The position numbers were made by a program, and so were the translations under genes. The notes under the pieces are model-generated. The model was given only the letters and a program-made list of their open reading frames with translations. It searched no databases and was not told the origin of the DNA. From Eledone cirrhosa (taxonomy: Eukaryota), in NCBI GenBank assembly GCA_964016885.1, contig OZ024751.1:28768001-28832000 (forward strand): a stretch of 64,000 nucleotides of DNA. Direction: 5' to 3'. Of the stretch, positions 1 to 12,606 are shown piece after piece. Numbering within the stretch: position 1 is the first letter of the stretch; the number at the start of each line of letters is the position of its first letter.

Positions 1-333
1 GCAGTGGACTAAATAGGAGTGGTGTAGAGGGAAACATGGTGGTGAGGGAGAGTCATTAGAGCAGTGGGACTAAATAGGAGTGGTGTAGAGGGAAACATGG
101 TGGTGAGGGAGAGTCATTAGAGCAGTGGACTAAATAGGAGTGGTGTAGAGGGAGACATGGTGGTGAGGGAGAGTCATTAGAGCAGTGGGACTAAATAGGA
201 GTGGTGTAGAGGGAGACATGGTGGTGAGGGAGAGTCATTAGAGCAGTGGGACTAAATAGGAGTATAGAGAAGTGGTGTAGAGAGATAGAACTGAGTTATT
301 AGAGCAGTAGGACTAAATAAAAGTGATGTAGAG
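1..333. repeat. Tandem minisatellite, 60-61 bp unit, 4 near-identical copies plus degenerate tail (cut by window start)
   Basis: Unit gcagtg(g)gactaaataggagtggtgtagaggg(a/g)acatggtggtgagggagagtcattaga starts at 1, 61, 122 and 182, then decays. Confidence 0.95.
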
Positions 334-1144
334 TCCAATATGTGGCAAGCATTTAAACTGGATCTCTGATTTGGGGATTACAATCCTCTCACCCTGTCAC
401 AAGATTCAGACACCCTGAAAAAAGCTATGTGCATTGCCCTTCCATCCAACCAATATAAATATATATAGTGGTAGAAAAACTAGGGTCGAAAAAATGATAG
501 GTTGTTCAAAGGTCCAGTTTTCACTCTTACACCTAATTAAGTCATAAGTCAGGGGACATTTCTACACTTCATGTCCTATAATCAGAGTTAAAAGGCCCTA
601 ACCCCATTCAAGTTACATCTCTGATAGTTATAACTCAAACACCTTCAATCATGGGTCTACTGGAAACATTTGAACTAGGTCTCTGGTTTGGTGAGAGTAC
701 CTTCTTTCCTCTTAACAATCTCAGAAGCTCTGAAAAGGGGTCATAAGGGCACTGCTTTTCTCTTCCTTTGTAAGCAGTAAAATAAATTTATAATAATAAA
801 CCCCTTTTCTAATGGATCTAGAATCAAGCTTTGTGGTTTAATAAATAATTACTTTAAAGAGAGGTTTTAAAGTTAATGATTAAAAGGCTGTGTGCTTCTC
901 TTTTCTACTTCTATTTTTATTTTCGTTAATTAAAATACAATACTAATTGATTAAAATTATAGTAGGTTATGCTAATTTGATAGAAAATGACAAATAATAC
1001 ACCACAAATTGATTAATCAATATCAATTTACCTAATATTTTCAATTTATAACTTTCCACTTAACAGAAATAGCACCAGATAACAATATGCTGTTGTTTTT
1101 TTTAACTCTGTAAAATCTAATTTAAATCATTTTCTGAAAGCTCT

Positions 1145-1430
1145 GTAGTTAAGAAGTTTGTTTTTGTAACCATCGGATTCCAGGTTTAATCCCATTGCTG
1201 CTTGGCCACTTTCAGCAACTGTCTTCTAAGCGAGAGGTTCAGGTTGTGAGGGAAGTGAAATTTGGTAGGCAGAAATTGTGTGGAAGCCTGTCATGTGCCC
1301 GTGTGTGTTGTATGGAGGCAAATAAAAAGTGTTGGTGCCAGGAAGGGCATCTGGCTATAGAGCATTACTTTAAAAAGGACCTTTATGATTATAAAACCTC
1401 TCATGGGACACACATGGCTAACCCTGCCTT
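1145..1430 (+). mobile_element. Degenerate tRNA-derived SINE (family D; related copies at about 47677-47820 + and 63630-63742 -)
   Basis: Has gtagttaagaagtttg...ggtttaatccc (A/B-box-like), then ttgtgag...atttggtaggcagaaattgtgtggaagcc, which is shared with the 47.7 kb copy, and the ggtgccaggaagggcatctggcta tail shared with other SINEs in the window. Confidence 0.65.
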
Positions 1431-2239
1431 TAATAAGGAAAATGGCCTCATAACACTTGTGTTAGAGTTAAGGTTAGTGATAGGGATGTGTTATTGTATG
1501 CACAAATATAGATGTGTATGTGTATGCATCAGTTCAAATTGGTGCTTCAAGTTACATCCCCTTTTCACCCAAAAAGGTAAAATTTAGCTATAATAAAAAA
1601 ATAAATAAAAAAAAATAAAAAAAAAAACAATTGATAAAACTGGTACAGGTACTAATGCCGAAATGATAAACTAAAACTCTTTGAAGGCTGATACTAATAA
1701 AATATATAGATATATATTTTTCCATTTACAGGGAAATTCGTATTTTCTGGAATGTTTACATGCCTACATATTAGATAGGTGTATATATTTATACACACTG
1801 ATGTAGTCTCAGTATATATATATATATATATAAACAAAAGCAAGTGAAATTTCTCCGGAACCATATAATAGCTTTAGACAATTCCATCAACATCTTGACT
1901 ATGCTGCTTTAAGATTCCTGGCCCTTCATTCTCATCTTTTGTATATCTATATTTACATTATTATTACTAGTAGTAGTAGTAGTAGTAGTAATAGTAATAG
2001 TAGTAGTAGTAGTAGTAGTAGTATGCACTGTTTTCATGCATATATGCTATAATTATTGACCACATGATCTACTCCTCATGTCGTTTGGATGACATTCACG
2101 TCAGAACCAGTATTCCTAATAAAGGGTCTTGCTGTTTTTTGTTGTTTTTTATTATGTCCATTATTCTAAAGTTCTTCCGCATGTATGAATATGTAATCTT
2201 CACTCATGATCTTTGGTTTTTACATTAGGATTACCATAT

Positions 2240-2505
2240 CTTGATCCTACTGATAGCCATCCAGCTCAAACTGCCTCTCGGTTTATGATTTGAAAAACAA
2301 AATGTTTGTTTTAAGGTGTTTATATTTATCTAACTAAAATCTTTCCATCATAATTTTATCTAAGAACCTTTGTTATGTTGCAACCACCACCTTTAACAAT
2401 GAGAAAATCTTTTATATTACAGAATCCCTCCAAATTCTTGATTATTTTCAAAAGTATTTGAAAATTATAGGTATTGTAGTTCACTAAAATATAGTCCAGA
2501 AAGGG
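2240..2505 (-). mobile_element. piggyBac-like MITE family 2 (degenerate), sharing its TTAA with the adjacent family 1 MITE
   Basis: Internal cctccaaattcttgattattttcaaaa motif recurs across the window; ends in aaaggg followed by TTAA (2506-2509). Confidence 0.6.
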
Positions 2506-2509
2506 TTAA

Positions 2510-2696
2510 TCCTTTAGCATTTAAACCAGCCATATCCAGCCAGAATTCTCTCACCTCTTTCTATTCAAACCAACTGTAACTGGCTGCTCATACTGATGTT
2601 AAGGTATTGTTCTCAAAATAAATAATATCAAAATCTCAGATTAGATATTATGTGAGATAAATATGTGAAATATTGAGAAATGTAAATGCTAAAGCG
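2510..2696 (+). mobile_element. piggyBac-like MITE family 1
   Basis: TTAA on both sides (2506-2509 and 2697-2700); TIRs (t/c)cctttagcattta ... taaatgctaaagcg; homologous to the copies at 18301, 23850 and 46575. Confidence 0.8.
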
Positions 2697-3284
2697 TTAA
2701 ATATCATTTAAGACAACAACATAGTTCTCACATCCAGCAGTCATGTATGTTGTATATGATGGATATAGGGTTATAAAGATTTGCAGTTATTAGGTATATT
2801 GGAATCTTGATTTTGATCAGAAAACATAAAAATATGTTTTAGATTTTCAATTTGAAAAATGTAACAAAATCAAATATTAAAACTAATAAACAAAAGAAAA
2901 AAACACACACAAGAAAAACAAAAAACCCTCCAGAAGAAAACCAAATATGCATTAATATTCTCACAATTTATCAGATCCATTTCAGTAAATTGGAGAAAGT
3001 AGATAGAAGATGATTTCTTTAAATTAAGTTTTTGGACTCCTTGCTGAGAAGATGAAATGGAAGGATTTACCGAGGTGAAGACATCAAGTGGTAAAGCATT
3101 TTGAAATAAAAGATAGCCAATTAGAAAATATTGTGTGATAATAAAAGATAAAAAGATATTTTTGCATAGAAAGATATTGCAATGTTAATATGGTTTAATG
3201 AAGTAAGTATTGAGGAGTAATGGGCTATTTAGAAAGTATAGAGTATTATAGAGCAGGATTGGGTTTAAAGGGTCATAGATAGAC

Positions 3285-3645
3285 TGGAGATGGAGAGAGA
3301 GAGAGAGAGAAAGGTGGAGAGAGGGAGAGAGAGATGGGGTGGTGAGGAGAGGAGGAGGTGGGGAGAGAGAGAAGAGGTGGAGGGGAGAGGGGGAGATAGG
3401 AGAAGGTGGGGAGAGAGAGAAGAGGTGGAGGGAGAGAGGTGGGGAAGGAGGGAGAGAGAGGTGGGGAAGGGGAGAGGTGGGGAAGGAGGGAGAGAGAGGT
3501 GGTGAGAGAGAGGGGAAATGGTGGGGAGATGGAGAGAGAGAGGTATGATGGGGACAATAGTAATATTAGATAGATAGATAGATAGTGAGAGAGTAAAGAG
3601 AGATAGGTTATGAGGGAGAGAAAGAGAGTTGGAGTGTGAGGGAAT
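3285..3645. repeat. Purine-rich (GA/GGA) low-complexity tract
   Basis: Almost entirely G/A on the + strand, with repeated gagagagaagaggtgg units. Confidence 0.9.
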
Positions 3646-3701
3646 ATATATATATATGCTTTGTTATTTCTGTTTACTTTTTACATACATATATATATAT
3701 T

Positions 3702-3878
3702 GGAAAAAGTATGTCCCCGACGGCAGAGCTCAAGCCGTTTCGACGGCTATAACCGTCGAAACGGCTTGAGCTCTGCCGTCGGGGTCATACTTTTTCCTAT
3801 TTCCCACTCTACTACCCTAAGTATTGAGTACTCTGGTGCGTTATGGTCCATCTGGTTCCTTACCACAATTCCTTTGTT
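3702..3878 (+). mobile_element. Short Penelope-like (putative) non-autonomous element with 45-bp terminal hairpin, in a (TA)n context
   Basis: 3702-3746 is the reverse complement of 3753-3797 (1 mismatch), followed by an ~80-nt unpaired tail ending ccttaccacaattcctttgtt and then (TA)n. Six related copies or fragments occur elsewhere in the window. Confidence 0.7.
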
Positions 3879-4119
3879 ATATATATATATATATGTGTGT
3901 ATATAGAGAGAGAGGGGGGACAGGAGGTATGATGGAGAGAATGGTAATAAGAGAAGAACAGTGGTAGTTAGAGAGAAAGAGTTAGCTGGTTGAGTGAGAG
4001 AGATGCTGATGATCACATGAGCGAGAAACTGCATGATGGAAAGAAGAGTGAAGAGTGAAGGTGAAAGACAGATAGAAGCCCTCAATGGAGTAGATAGAAG
4101 AGGGAGTGGGGTTAATGGA

Positions 4120-4437
4120 GGAGAGAGGTAGCCTGAATGGAATAGAGAAATAGCTTAACTTGAGTAGAGAGAAAGGCTCAGTGGGGAGCCTGAGTGAAGT
4201 AGAGAGAGGGGCTGAGTGGAGTGGAGAGATAGCCAGAGTGAAGTAGAGAGAGGAGCTAAATGGAGTTTAGACAAATGCTGAGTGGAGTGGAGAGAAAGGC
4301 TGAGTGGAATGGAGAGAGGGGTTGAGTGGAGTAGAGAGAAAGGCTGAGTGGAGTAGAGAGAAAGGCTGAGTGGAGTATAGAGAAAGGCTGAGTGGGGAGG
4401 AGAGTTAGCCTCAGTGAAGTAGAGAAATAGCCTGAGT
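4120..4437. repeat. Degenerate ~22-bp tandem repeat (gagagaaaggctgagtggagta)
   Basis: About 13 diverged units; the best-conserved ones lie at 4330-4395. Confidence 0.85.
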
Positions 4438-4515
4438 ATGTGTATGTATGTGTTTGTCTTCTGTTTAACAGTTTGTGTCTGTCTATCTCTCTCTATCTCT
4501 ATCTCTCTCTATATA

Positions 4516-4572
<57 letters not shown>

Positions 4573-5048
4573 GTCATACCACCTTCTTGTCCTTCACCTC
4601 TAGAGAGTGCAGCAGCACATTTATTGGGATATCCTGTCTTTTGCTAGAACAGGAGGTGGTGGTGGTATGTGTATGCGTGTGTGGGGTAGAGTTATAAATC
4701 ACTTTGATATCTCAACCATATCTAGGAGAGGGAGAGAAAGAGAGAAACAAGGAGGTATTCTAGGGTTCTATGTAAGGACTAAAGTAATGTAAATAGTACT
4801 CATTTTCTCTCTACTAATATTTAGGGGGTCTCTCTTAATTTTGTAATAAGAAATATCAATATATATTTCATCATCATCATCATCATCATTGTTTTACGTC
4901 CCTTTTTCCATGGCTACATGGGTTGGACATATACATACATATATATAGCATCCTTTTACATTCATTTTTCCATGCTTGCGTGAGTTATACTATGCATACA
5001 CATCAATATTTACACACCACACACACACACTTTTGTACATACATACAT

Positions 5049-5091
<43 letters not shown>

Positions 5092-5094
<3 letters not shown>

Positions 5095-5187
5095 GGTGTC
5101 CCAAAAATATGCATACACACTTCAACAAAATTCTAAAAAATATTGCCTATACAATCAAAGTGTATAGACATTTTTGGGGACACCCTG
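5092..5187. mobile_element. Tc1/mariner-type MITE, 96 bp
   Basis: TA|CAGGGTGTCCCAAAAAT ... ATTTTTGGGGACACCCTG|TA, imperfect ~30-bp TIRs, inside (TA)n. A lone right half lies at 58771-58822. Confidence 0.85.
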
Positions 5188-5196
5188 TATATATAA

Positions 5197-5238
<42 letters not shown>

Positions 5239-5239
5239 T

Positions 5240-5287
5240 TAGCCGTCAAAACGGCTTGAGCTCAGCCGTCGGGGTCCTACTCGTTCC

Positions 5288-5289
<2 letters not shown>
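5240..5289 (+). mobile_element. Single arm of the Penelope-like hairpin element
   Basis: tagccgtcaaaacggcttgagctcagccgtcggggtcctactcgttccta is nearly identical to 58677-58725 and sits in (TA)n. Confidence 0.75.
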
Positions 5290-5333
<44 letters not shown>

Positions 5334-5504
5334 AAGCATCCTTTTAGATCAGATTTTCCATGCCTGCCTGTGTTATAAACACATACATACACAATACATA
5401 TACATATACACACACGTATATAATATGTATTCCTTTTGGAATTTTGTCGGTGACCATTATCAACAAAGCTTGCCTCTGCTGTTTGCTGGGAAATAGGTGA
5501 ACTG

Positions 5505-5550
5505 ATAGCAGAACTACAGCAGTAGCAACACCTCCACTAGCAGTAGCAGC

Positions 5551-5594
<44 letters not shown>

Positions 5595-5658
5595 GCACAG
5601 CAGTAACAGTAATAGTAGTAGCAGTAGTAGTAATAGTAGTAGTAGTAGTAGCAGCAGC

Positions 5659-5702
<44 letters not shown>

Positions 5703-5721
5703 CATTAGTAGCAGTAGTAGC

Positions 5722-5753
<32 letters not shown>

Positions 5754-5985
5754 CAGTAGTAGTAGCAGCAGCAGCAGTAGTAGTAGATACAGCAGCAGCA
5801 GCAGTAGTAGTAGTAGTAGTAGTAGTAGGCACAGCAGTAACAGTAATAGTAGTAGCAGTAATAGTAGTAATAGTAGTAGTAGCAGCAGCAGTAGTAGTAG
5901 TAGCAGCAGTAACAGTAATAGTAGTAGCAGTAGTAGTAGTAGTAGTAGTAGTAGATACACCAGCAACAGTAACAGCAGCAGTAAA
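5505..5985. repeat. Compound (GTA)/(GCA) trinucleotide array with internal block duplication
   Basis: Block gtaggcacagcagtaacagtaatagtagtagcag occurs twice and gtagatacac/gtagatacag twice. This array produces the poly-T and poly-L ORFs. Confidence 0.95.
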
Positions 5986-6313
5986 GTGTAGTGATTCTGA
6001 CATTGGCCAGACTTGCAGGCTGTCAACTAATTAGACCAAACAGAAGAAGATGCACAGTCTATATTTCCCCCCCCCCCCACCACCACCACCACCACCACCA
6101 CCACCACCCACCACCACCACCAACACCACCACCACCACCCACCACCAATACCAAACATCCTGATAAAAGAAGCCCACTCAACAGATAAAACTTTGCAATG
6201 GAATAACTAACAGACAGACATGATATTCCAGGAAATAATGTAATGGTAAAACAATATATATATATATTGGTATAGTGATAGAAATGCCCCAAATATTTTG
6301 CTTGTTATATATA

Positions 6314-6572
6314 TCATCATCATCATCATCATCATCACCGTTTTACATCCATTCTTCCACACTAGCATGGGTTAGACAGGTTGTCCTGTTGTGGTCAATG
6401 TCAGGTCGGGTGACCTTGTCTTGCTCATACGGAAACTATTTTGGCTTGATTTCTACAGCTGGATGCCCTTCCTAACACCAACCTCATTTACAGTGAGTGC
6501 TGGGTGCTTTTTTACCATGGTCCCTACACAACCACTTTACAGTGTGGGCTGGGTGTTTTTTTGTTGTGACAC
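6314..6572 (-). mobile_element. SINE 3' portion with (ATG)n tail (family B variant; related at 26795-26975, 37590-37778 and 43620-43820)
   Basis: (cat)n, then ...cttccacactagcatgggttagac...ggcttgatttctacagctggatgcccttcctaacaccaacctcatttacagtgagtgc. Confidence 0.85.
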
Positions 6573-6701
6573 CATATATATATATATAGGGAGTGGGCTC
6601 TGCCAGGTTTAATGTGTCCAAGAGCAACTATATTACAACTATGTCAGCAATTACAGTACAAGTCCATATATGAATATGTGTATATATATATACATATATT
6701 T

Positions 6702-6850
6702 GAAAAAGTCAACAAGGAAAAACAACGCAGGAGAACAACACAATGCAATGAAATGATGGTATATACGTTTAACACTTGATGTATTTTTTTTTTTTTAAAT
6801 CTGAACGTTTCAGATGTTAGTCCTTCATCAGAAAACAGAAGGAAGAAGAA
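6702..6850 (-). mobile_element. Penelope-like terminal remnant with hammerhead-like core (family H1)
   Basis: The minus strand reads CTGATGA-A-GGACtaacATCT-GAAACGTTC. The same family occurs at 13590-13643 (-), 50271-50385 (+) and 60450-60548 (+). Confidence 0.6.
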
Positions 6851-7440
6851 AAAGGAAGGCAGACGAGAGAGAAAAAATAAAAGAAAATGGGGGAAATGGT
6901 AGACAAGAGTGAAAGCACATGTTGTTGTTGTCAGTCATCTCTCTCTTACAGATATATGTGTATGTATGGGGGAGAGAGAGAGAGAGAAATGGAGAGAAAG
7001 AGAATTAGAGAGCCTTCAGTGCCATGAAATAGGTATATAATCATTATTATGATCATCTCTTCAAGGAAAATAAAGTCAACAGAGAAATTATTCTTAAAAG
7101 ATTTCATGAATCTGGTCGTTCTCAAGAAAACATTGAATCCAACTCAATACTAATCCAACACAATGAAAAGACTTAAGGCATTTGAAAATAATACAGTGAA
7201 GCTAGTTTTATTTCTACACTGCCATGGTGGTATTAGGTAGCTAGAGCTGTATAAACAATGTTACCAATAGTAATTGGAAAAGAATAATTGAGTGAGTTTG
7301 GAATGGGAAAACAAACCAATGAGAGAGAGAGAGGAATTCTTTACACAATCTTCTTACATTTATACAAGAAAATAATGAAAGAAAGATAATATAGGTTGAT
7401 ATATTAAACCATGGAAGAGTTAATTTGTTTCATGGCTTAA

Positions 7441-7817
7441 CCCTTTCATTACTGTATTTCTAATGAAAAGTCACTGTCTATGATTTCCAAATCGTTTCGA
7501 AAATAATCAAGAATTTGGAGAGATTTAGCAACACAACTAACTTTCTCTTTATTAAGCTTGTGTTTAGAACATAACTTTAACCTTCCATTGCTATATTTCT
7601 AATAAAAAGACATGCCTATGATAATCAAATCATTTTGAAAATAATCAAGAATTTGGAAGGATTTAGTAACTTAACTATCTTTCCTTGTCACCATATTTCT
7701 AATAAAATGACACTGCCTACAATTTTCAAATCATTTTTGAAAATAATCAAAATTTTGGAGAGATTTAGTAATCTAACTAACCTCATTATTAAGCTGGTGT
7801 TTGGAACATAACTTAAC
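7441..7817 (+). mobile_element. Three tandem partial copies of piggyBac-like MITE family 2
   Basis: Starts TTAA|CCCTTT; tatttctaat...gaaaataatcaagaatttggagagatttag is repeated three times. Confidence 0.75.
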
Positions 7818-8337
7818 AAACAGGACTATGGCAAGAAGAAATACAGTAAAGATAAATATAAAAAGGTGGGAGACAGTCTATGGAAAGAAATACTCTAATA
7901 GATGCCAACAAGATGGGGTGGGACACAGGAAGATGATGGGGGACATAAAGCTGGGTAGATAGACTAGAAGTAGCAAGAGGGATAGCTATGTAGTAGTTGT
8001 CATGGGGTTGGCGGTGGAACAGAGTTGATAGATTTCTGAGAAAAGTAGTGTATTGATGAAGGTAAGTTACCTGTATGGTGTGGTGTTGCGGGGTGAGCTC
8101 AGCAGGTAGTTGGGTGGGACATCTCATTGAGGTGGGGCAAGTACTGCAATTGATGATGGTAAATTGGGGGAGAGGGAGTAACAAGGCAGGGTGGTTGGGT
8201 GAGGTGGGACAGCTGACTGAGGTGGTGGTGGTGTAATGCTACTGATGAATGATATTCATTCTATAAGCAATCTTCCTTGGTATTAGAAGAACAACTGGCT
8301 GTCTTTTACAGTCGTTTATTGATGTGTCTGTCTACAT

Positions 8338-8416
<79 letters not shown>

Positions 8417-8489
8417 AAATCTTAGACAGGAACAAAAACAGAGAGGCAGTACAAATATGAGTTTATTAGGTTCACGCTTTTGAGAGTGA

Positions 8490-8520
8490 TATATATATAT
8501 ATACAACTACTGTTGTACAT

Positions 8521-8577
<57 letters not shown>

Positions 8578-8598
8578 ACTACTGTCGTACATACACAC

Positions 8599-8629
<31 letters not shown>

Positions 8630-8846
8630 CAACTACTGTTGTACATACACACACATACATACATATATATATATATACAACTACTGTCGTACATACACAC
8701 ACATACATACATATATATATATATACAACTACTGTCGTACATACACACACATACATATATACATATATACAACTAGTCGTACATACACACACATACATAC
8801 ATATATATATATATATATACAACTACTGTCGTACATACACACACAC

Positions 8847-8917
<71 letters not shown>

Positions 8918-8925
8918 ACTACACA
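8490..8925. repeat. Composite tandem array: constant core acaactactgt(c/t)gtacatacacacacatac separated by variable (TA)n
   Basis: Seven full cores (near 8503, 8575, 8629, 8677, 8725, 8769 and 8819) and one partial core near 8914. Confidence 0.9.
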
Positions 8926-9290
8926 TATTCAGACATACACACATATATATACATATGTGTATATAAATAACTACACACATACAACATACAAAACGCACAA
9001 AAAAAATACCAAATAAAACAGAAGAAAATAAGACAGTAAATGGCTTAGATAATGAATAAAGCGGTGTGTAGTGATGGTGGGGGGGGGGGGGGGGTAGTGG
9101 TGAGGGGGGGGGGTAGTGGTGGTGGTGGTGCGTGGGTGGGGTGACAATAAATAGTATTACTAAACAGTTCAAACTAAATCAATAAGCAACAGAGATATAA
9201 ATCCAATGTAAGGTGAAGGGGGCGGGAAGTGAGATGGAAGAAGAAGAAAAAGAAGAAGTAAAAAAGAAGAGTGTAATTATGATGATGATT

Positions 9291-9322
<32 letters not shown>

Positions 9323-9422
9323 AACGATGTTGCAGTTGGTTATTAAGGTGATGATGAGGATGATAATAAGGAGGGTGCTGCAGCTGATGATGATGATGAT
9401 AGTAGAGTTGATGATAATGAGA

Positions 9423-9890
9423 CAACCAGTGTCGAAGCTATGATACTGAAGAGCCAACTTCGATGGGTGGGGCATGTCATCCGGATGGACAATCACAGGC
9501 TTCCGAAGCAACTGATGTATGGGGAACTCTGTTCGGGGAAATGAAAGAGGGGCAGGCCTCTCAAGAGGTTCAAAGACTGCGTGAAGTCCAGCATCAACAA
9601 CACTGGAATTGCCCCAAAACAACTCGAGTCCCATGCTCAGGACAGGACTGAGTGGCAAGCCCTTACCAGACGCGCCAAAGACTCTTTTGAAGAGAAGAGA
9701 CGGGCAGAGGTCACTGAGGCCCGTGAAAGGAGGAGAAAGGCATCAACAGCTGCCCCAAGCGTCTCCGGTCTCTTCCCCTGCCCCCACTGTCCCCGGACCT
9801 GCAAGTCAAGGACCTTCGTGTCCATGGCAGACGGGAACTAAAATAAAGAAGATGTCATCATCGTTTACGATGGACAACCAAGATAACAAT
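9423..9890 (+). mobile_element. 5'-truncated RTE-clade (BovB/AviRTE-like) LINE 3' end, inactive
   Basis: Translates TSVEAMILKSQLRWVGHVIRMDNHRLPKQLMYGELCSGK*KRGRPLKRFKDCVK...DRTEWQ...FPCPHCPRTCKSR. This is the post-RT RTE motif LRWxGHxxRM plus a truncated C-terminal zinc finger, with one stop codon, a short 3' UTR and a (GAT)n tail. Confidence 0.92.
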
Positions 9891-10319
9891 GATGATGATA
9901 ATGGTGCTGATAATGGTGTATAACGATAATGGTGTATAACGATGATGATGATGATGATGCTATTTTTGATGATGACATGATGCTGATGGTGATGATAGTG
10001 GTGTATAACAATGATGATGATGATGATGATGGCGATAGTAATAAAATCAGTGCAAGGAGCCAGAATGTTATTTAAAACAATCACAACAACGACGACATCA
10101 ACATCATGTAACAGCAACATCATCAACAACATCATCAACAACATGTAACAACACACAGAAATAGCAGAGTGAGGAGATGATGAAAACATTGTTTATTATT
10201 TAATTTTCTTCCAAGTCTCATTTAATCTCACATCGTCTCGTTTAGTCTCGTTTATTCCTGTGTCAATTTGTGTACTGTTACTCTGCCAAATATAGTGGAA
10301 TCTACACTGAATGTCAGTG

Positions 10320-10648
10320 TCTATGTGTGTATGTGTGTGTGTCTGTGTGGGTGCCTGTTTGTGTATGTGTGTATGTCTGTGTGGGTGTGTATGTGTGTGT
10401 GGGTGTGTATGTGTGTATGTGTGTGTGTCTGTGTGGGTGCCTGCTTGTGTATGTGTGTATGTGTGTGTGTCTGTGTGGGTGCCTGCTTGTGTATGTGTGT
10501 ATGTGCCTGCTTGTGTATGGGTGCATGTGTGTATATGTGTTTGCATGTGTGTGTGTGTATATGTGTGTGCATGTATGTGTGTGTGTGTATGTGTAATACG
10601 CACTTCTGCTTTCACCAACAGATTCATAGTATATACTCATACATATAT

Positions 10649-10739
<91 letters not shown>

Positions 10740-10880
10740 CACACACACACACATATATATATACACACATATATGTACGAGTGTGTATAGGCATTCATAA
10801 AAACACACATAGATGTATACATGTCGGAGTGTGCATGTGTATGTATGTATATATTTCTCTCTTGTGGGAATGTGTACATG

Positions 10881-10926
<46 letters not shown>

Positions 10927-11003
10927 CATACACACCCACACACACCCCTACACACACTCACACACATATATATATATATATACATACACACCCACCCACC
11001 CCT

Positions 11004-11050
<47 letters not shown>

Positions 11051-11783
11051 CACACACCCCTACACACACACACATATATATATATATACATACACACCCA
11101 CCCATACACACACACACACATATAGATATATATACACATACACACATCCACCCACGCACACATCCATACACACACATACACATAATGGTATATATAGAGA
11201 CCAACACACACATACATAATGGTGTGTAAAGCCACACTGACACACAGGCAGAGACACCTACACCCACATATGTATAAGTAGTTGTCAGTTAGTGAATGGT
11301 GTCCAATCTACACTGCAATTTGCACCCATTGAGATTGTGTTTTTGCTAAGAGTTCTTTTGAGAAGTCTTTCCGATGTGAATCAGTGTGTTTCCTAAGGCA
11401 TATATATACACATACATATATATATATATACTTACATATATATACATACATATACATACATATATATATATACACACATACACATATATATACACATACA
11501 TATACATATATATATACACATACATATATATATATATACTTACATATATATACATACATATACATACATATACATATATATACACACATACATATATATA
11601 TACATACATATATATATATACACACATACACATATATATATACATACATATATACATACACATGCATGTATATACATACACATATACATACACATACACA
11701 TACACATACATATATACATACACATACATGTATATACATACACATACATGTATATACATACACATACATACATGTATATACAT

Positions 11784-11813
<30 letters not shown>
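10320..11813. repeat. Extended compound (TG)/(CA)/(TA) microsatellite block
   Basis: Direct inspection; includes a repeated ~36-38 bp unit gtctgtgtgggtgcctgcttgtgtatgtgt. Confidence 0.95.
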
Positions 11814-11814
<1 letters not shown>

Positions 11815-12133
11815 ATGGAAGGAGGGGGGACAGATGGAGCATTGGAGAAGAAGGAGGAAGAGACGATAGATGGAGCATTGGAGGAGCAGGAAGAGGGGGA
11901 GGGGAGGAGGGAGGAGATGACTCAGACACTGACAGAGAATACACCACTGGAGGCAACAATGCTTGGAACCTGAGAGAAAGGGAGAAACAGACAGGGAGGG
12001 GGGAAGAGGGAGAGAGAGAGAGAAATAGGGACATATATATATATACTCTCTATCTCTCCCTCTCTCTCCATATATATATATATATACTCTCTATCTCCCC
12101 CTCTCTCTCCATATATATATATATATGGAGAGA

Positions 12134-12179
<46 letters not shown>

Positions 12180-12227
12180 GGAATCAGTGTTGATTTGGCA
12201 GTGTTGAGTGTCTGTGTGTTTAGTCAG

Positions 12228-12275
<48 letters not shown>

Positions 12276-12304
12276 ATTTGAATGTGTAAGAATGCATGAA
12301 TGAA

Positions 12305-12606
12305 TATGTGTGTGTATCTGTGTGTGTATGAGTATGTGTGTGTATCTGTGTGTGTATGAGTATGTGTGTGTATCTGTGTGTGTATGAGTATGTGTGTGTA
12401 TCTGTGTGTGTATGAGTATGTGTGTGTATCTGTGTGTGTATGAGTATGTGTGTGTATCTGTGTGTGTATGAGTATGTGTGTGTATCTGTGTGTGTATGAG
12501 TATGTGTGTGTATCTGTGTGTGTATGAGTATGTGTGTGTATCTGTGTGTGTATCTGTGTGTGTATGAGTATGTGTGTGTATCTGTGTGTGTATGAGTATG
12601 TGTGTA
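12305..12606. repeat. 28-bp minisatellite (tatgtgtgtgtatctgtgtgtgtatgag)
   Basis: About 10 near-perfect units. Confidence 0.95.

Noticed and set aside
1195-1587. 130-aa ORF
   Set aside because: It overlaps a degenerate SINE; a chance frame.
1732-1778. Possible plus-strand 47-nt exon after tttttccatttacag (GNSYFLECLHAYILD)
   Set aside because: The acceptor is good but the donor is weak (gtgtat), the peptide is unrecognised, and it is on the opposite strand to the other candidates; not enough support to call.
3702-3797. Pre-miRNA or terminator interpretation of the long hairpin
   Set aside because: It is a multi-copy interspersed repeat with a near-perfect stem and a constant tail; I recognise no conserved miRNA, and intrinsic terminators do not apply here. 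It could still yield endo-siRNAs.
8023-8067. Plus-strand consensus donor GAAG|GTAAGT
   Set aside because: The segment back to the nearest CAG has stops in all three frames and no polypyrimidine tract.
7813-8184. 123-aa minus-strand ORF possibly from a Penelope ORF
   Set aside because: No RT or GIY-YIG motifs; the resemblance is too weak.
8490-8925. CRISPR-like repeat-spacer appearance
   Set aside because: The spacers are (TA)n of variable length rather than unique sequences; the context is eukaryotic and there are no cas genes.
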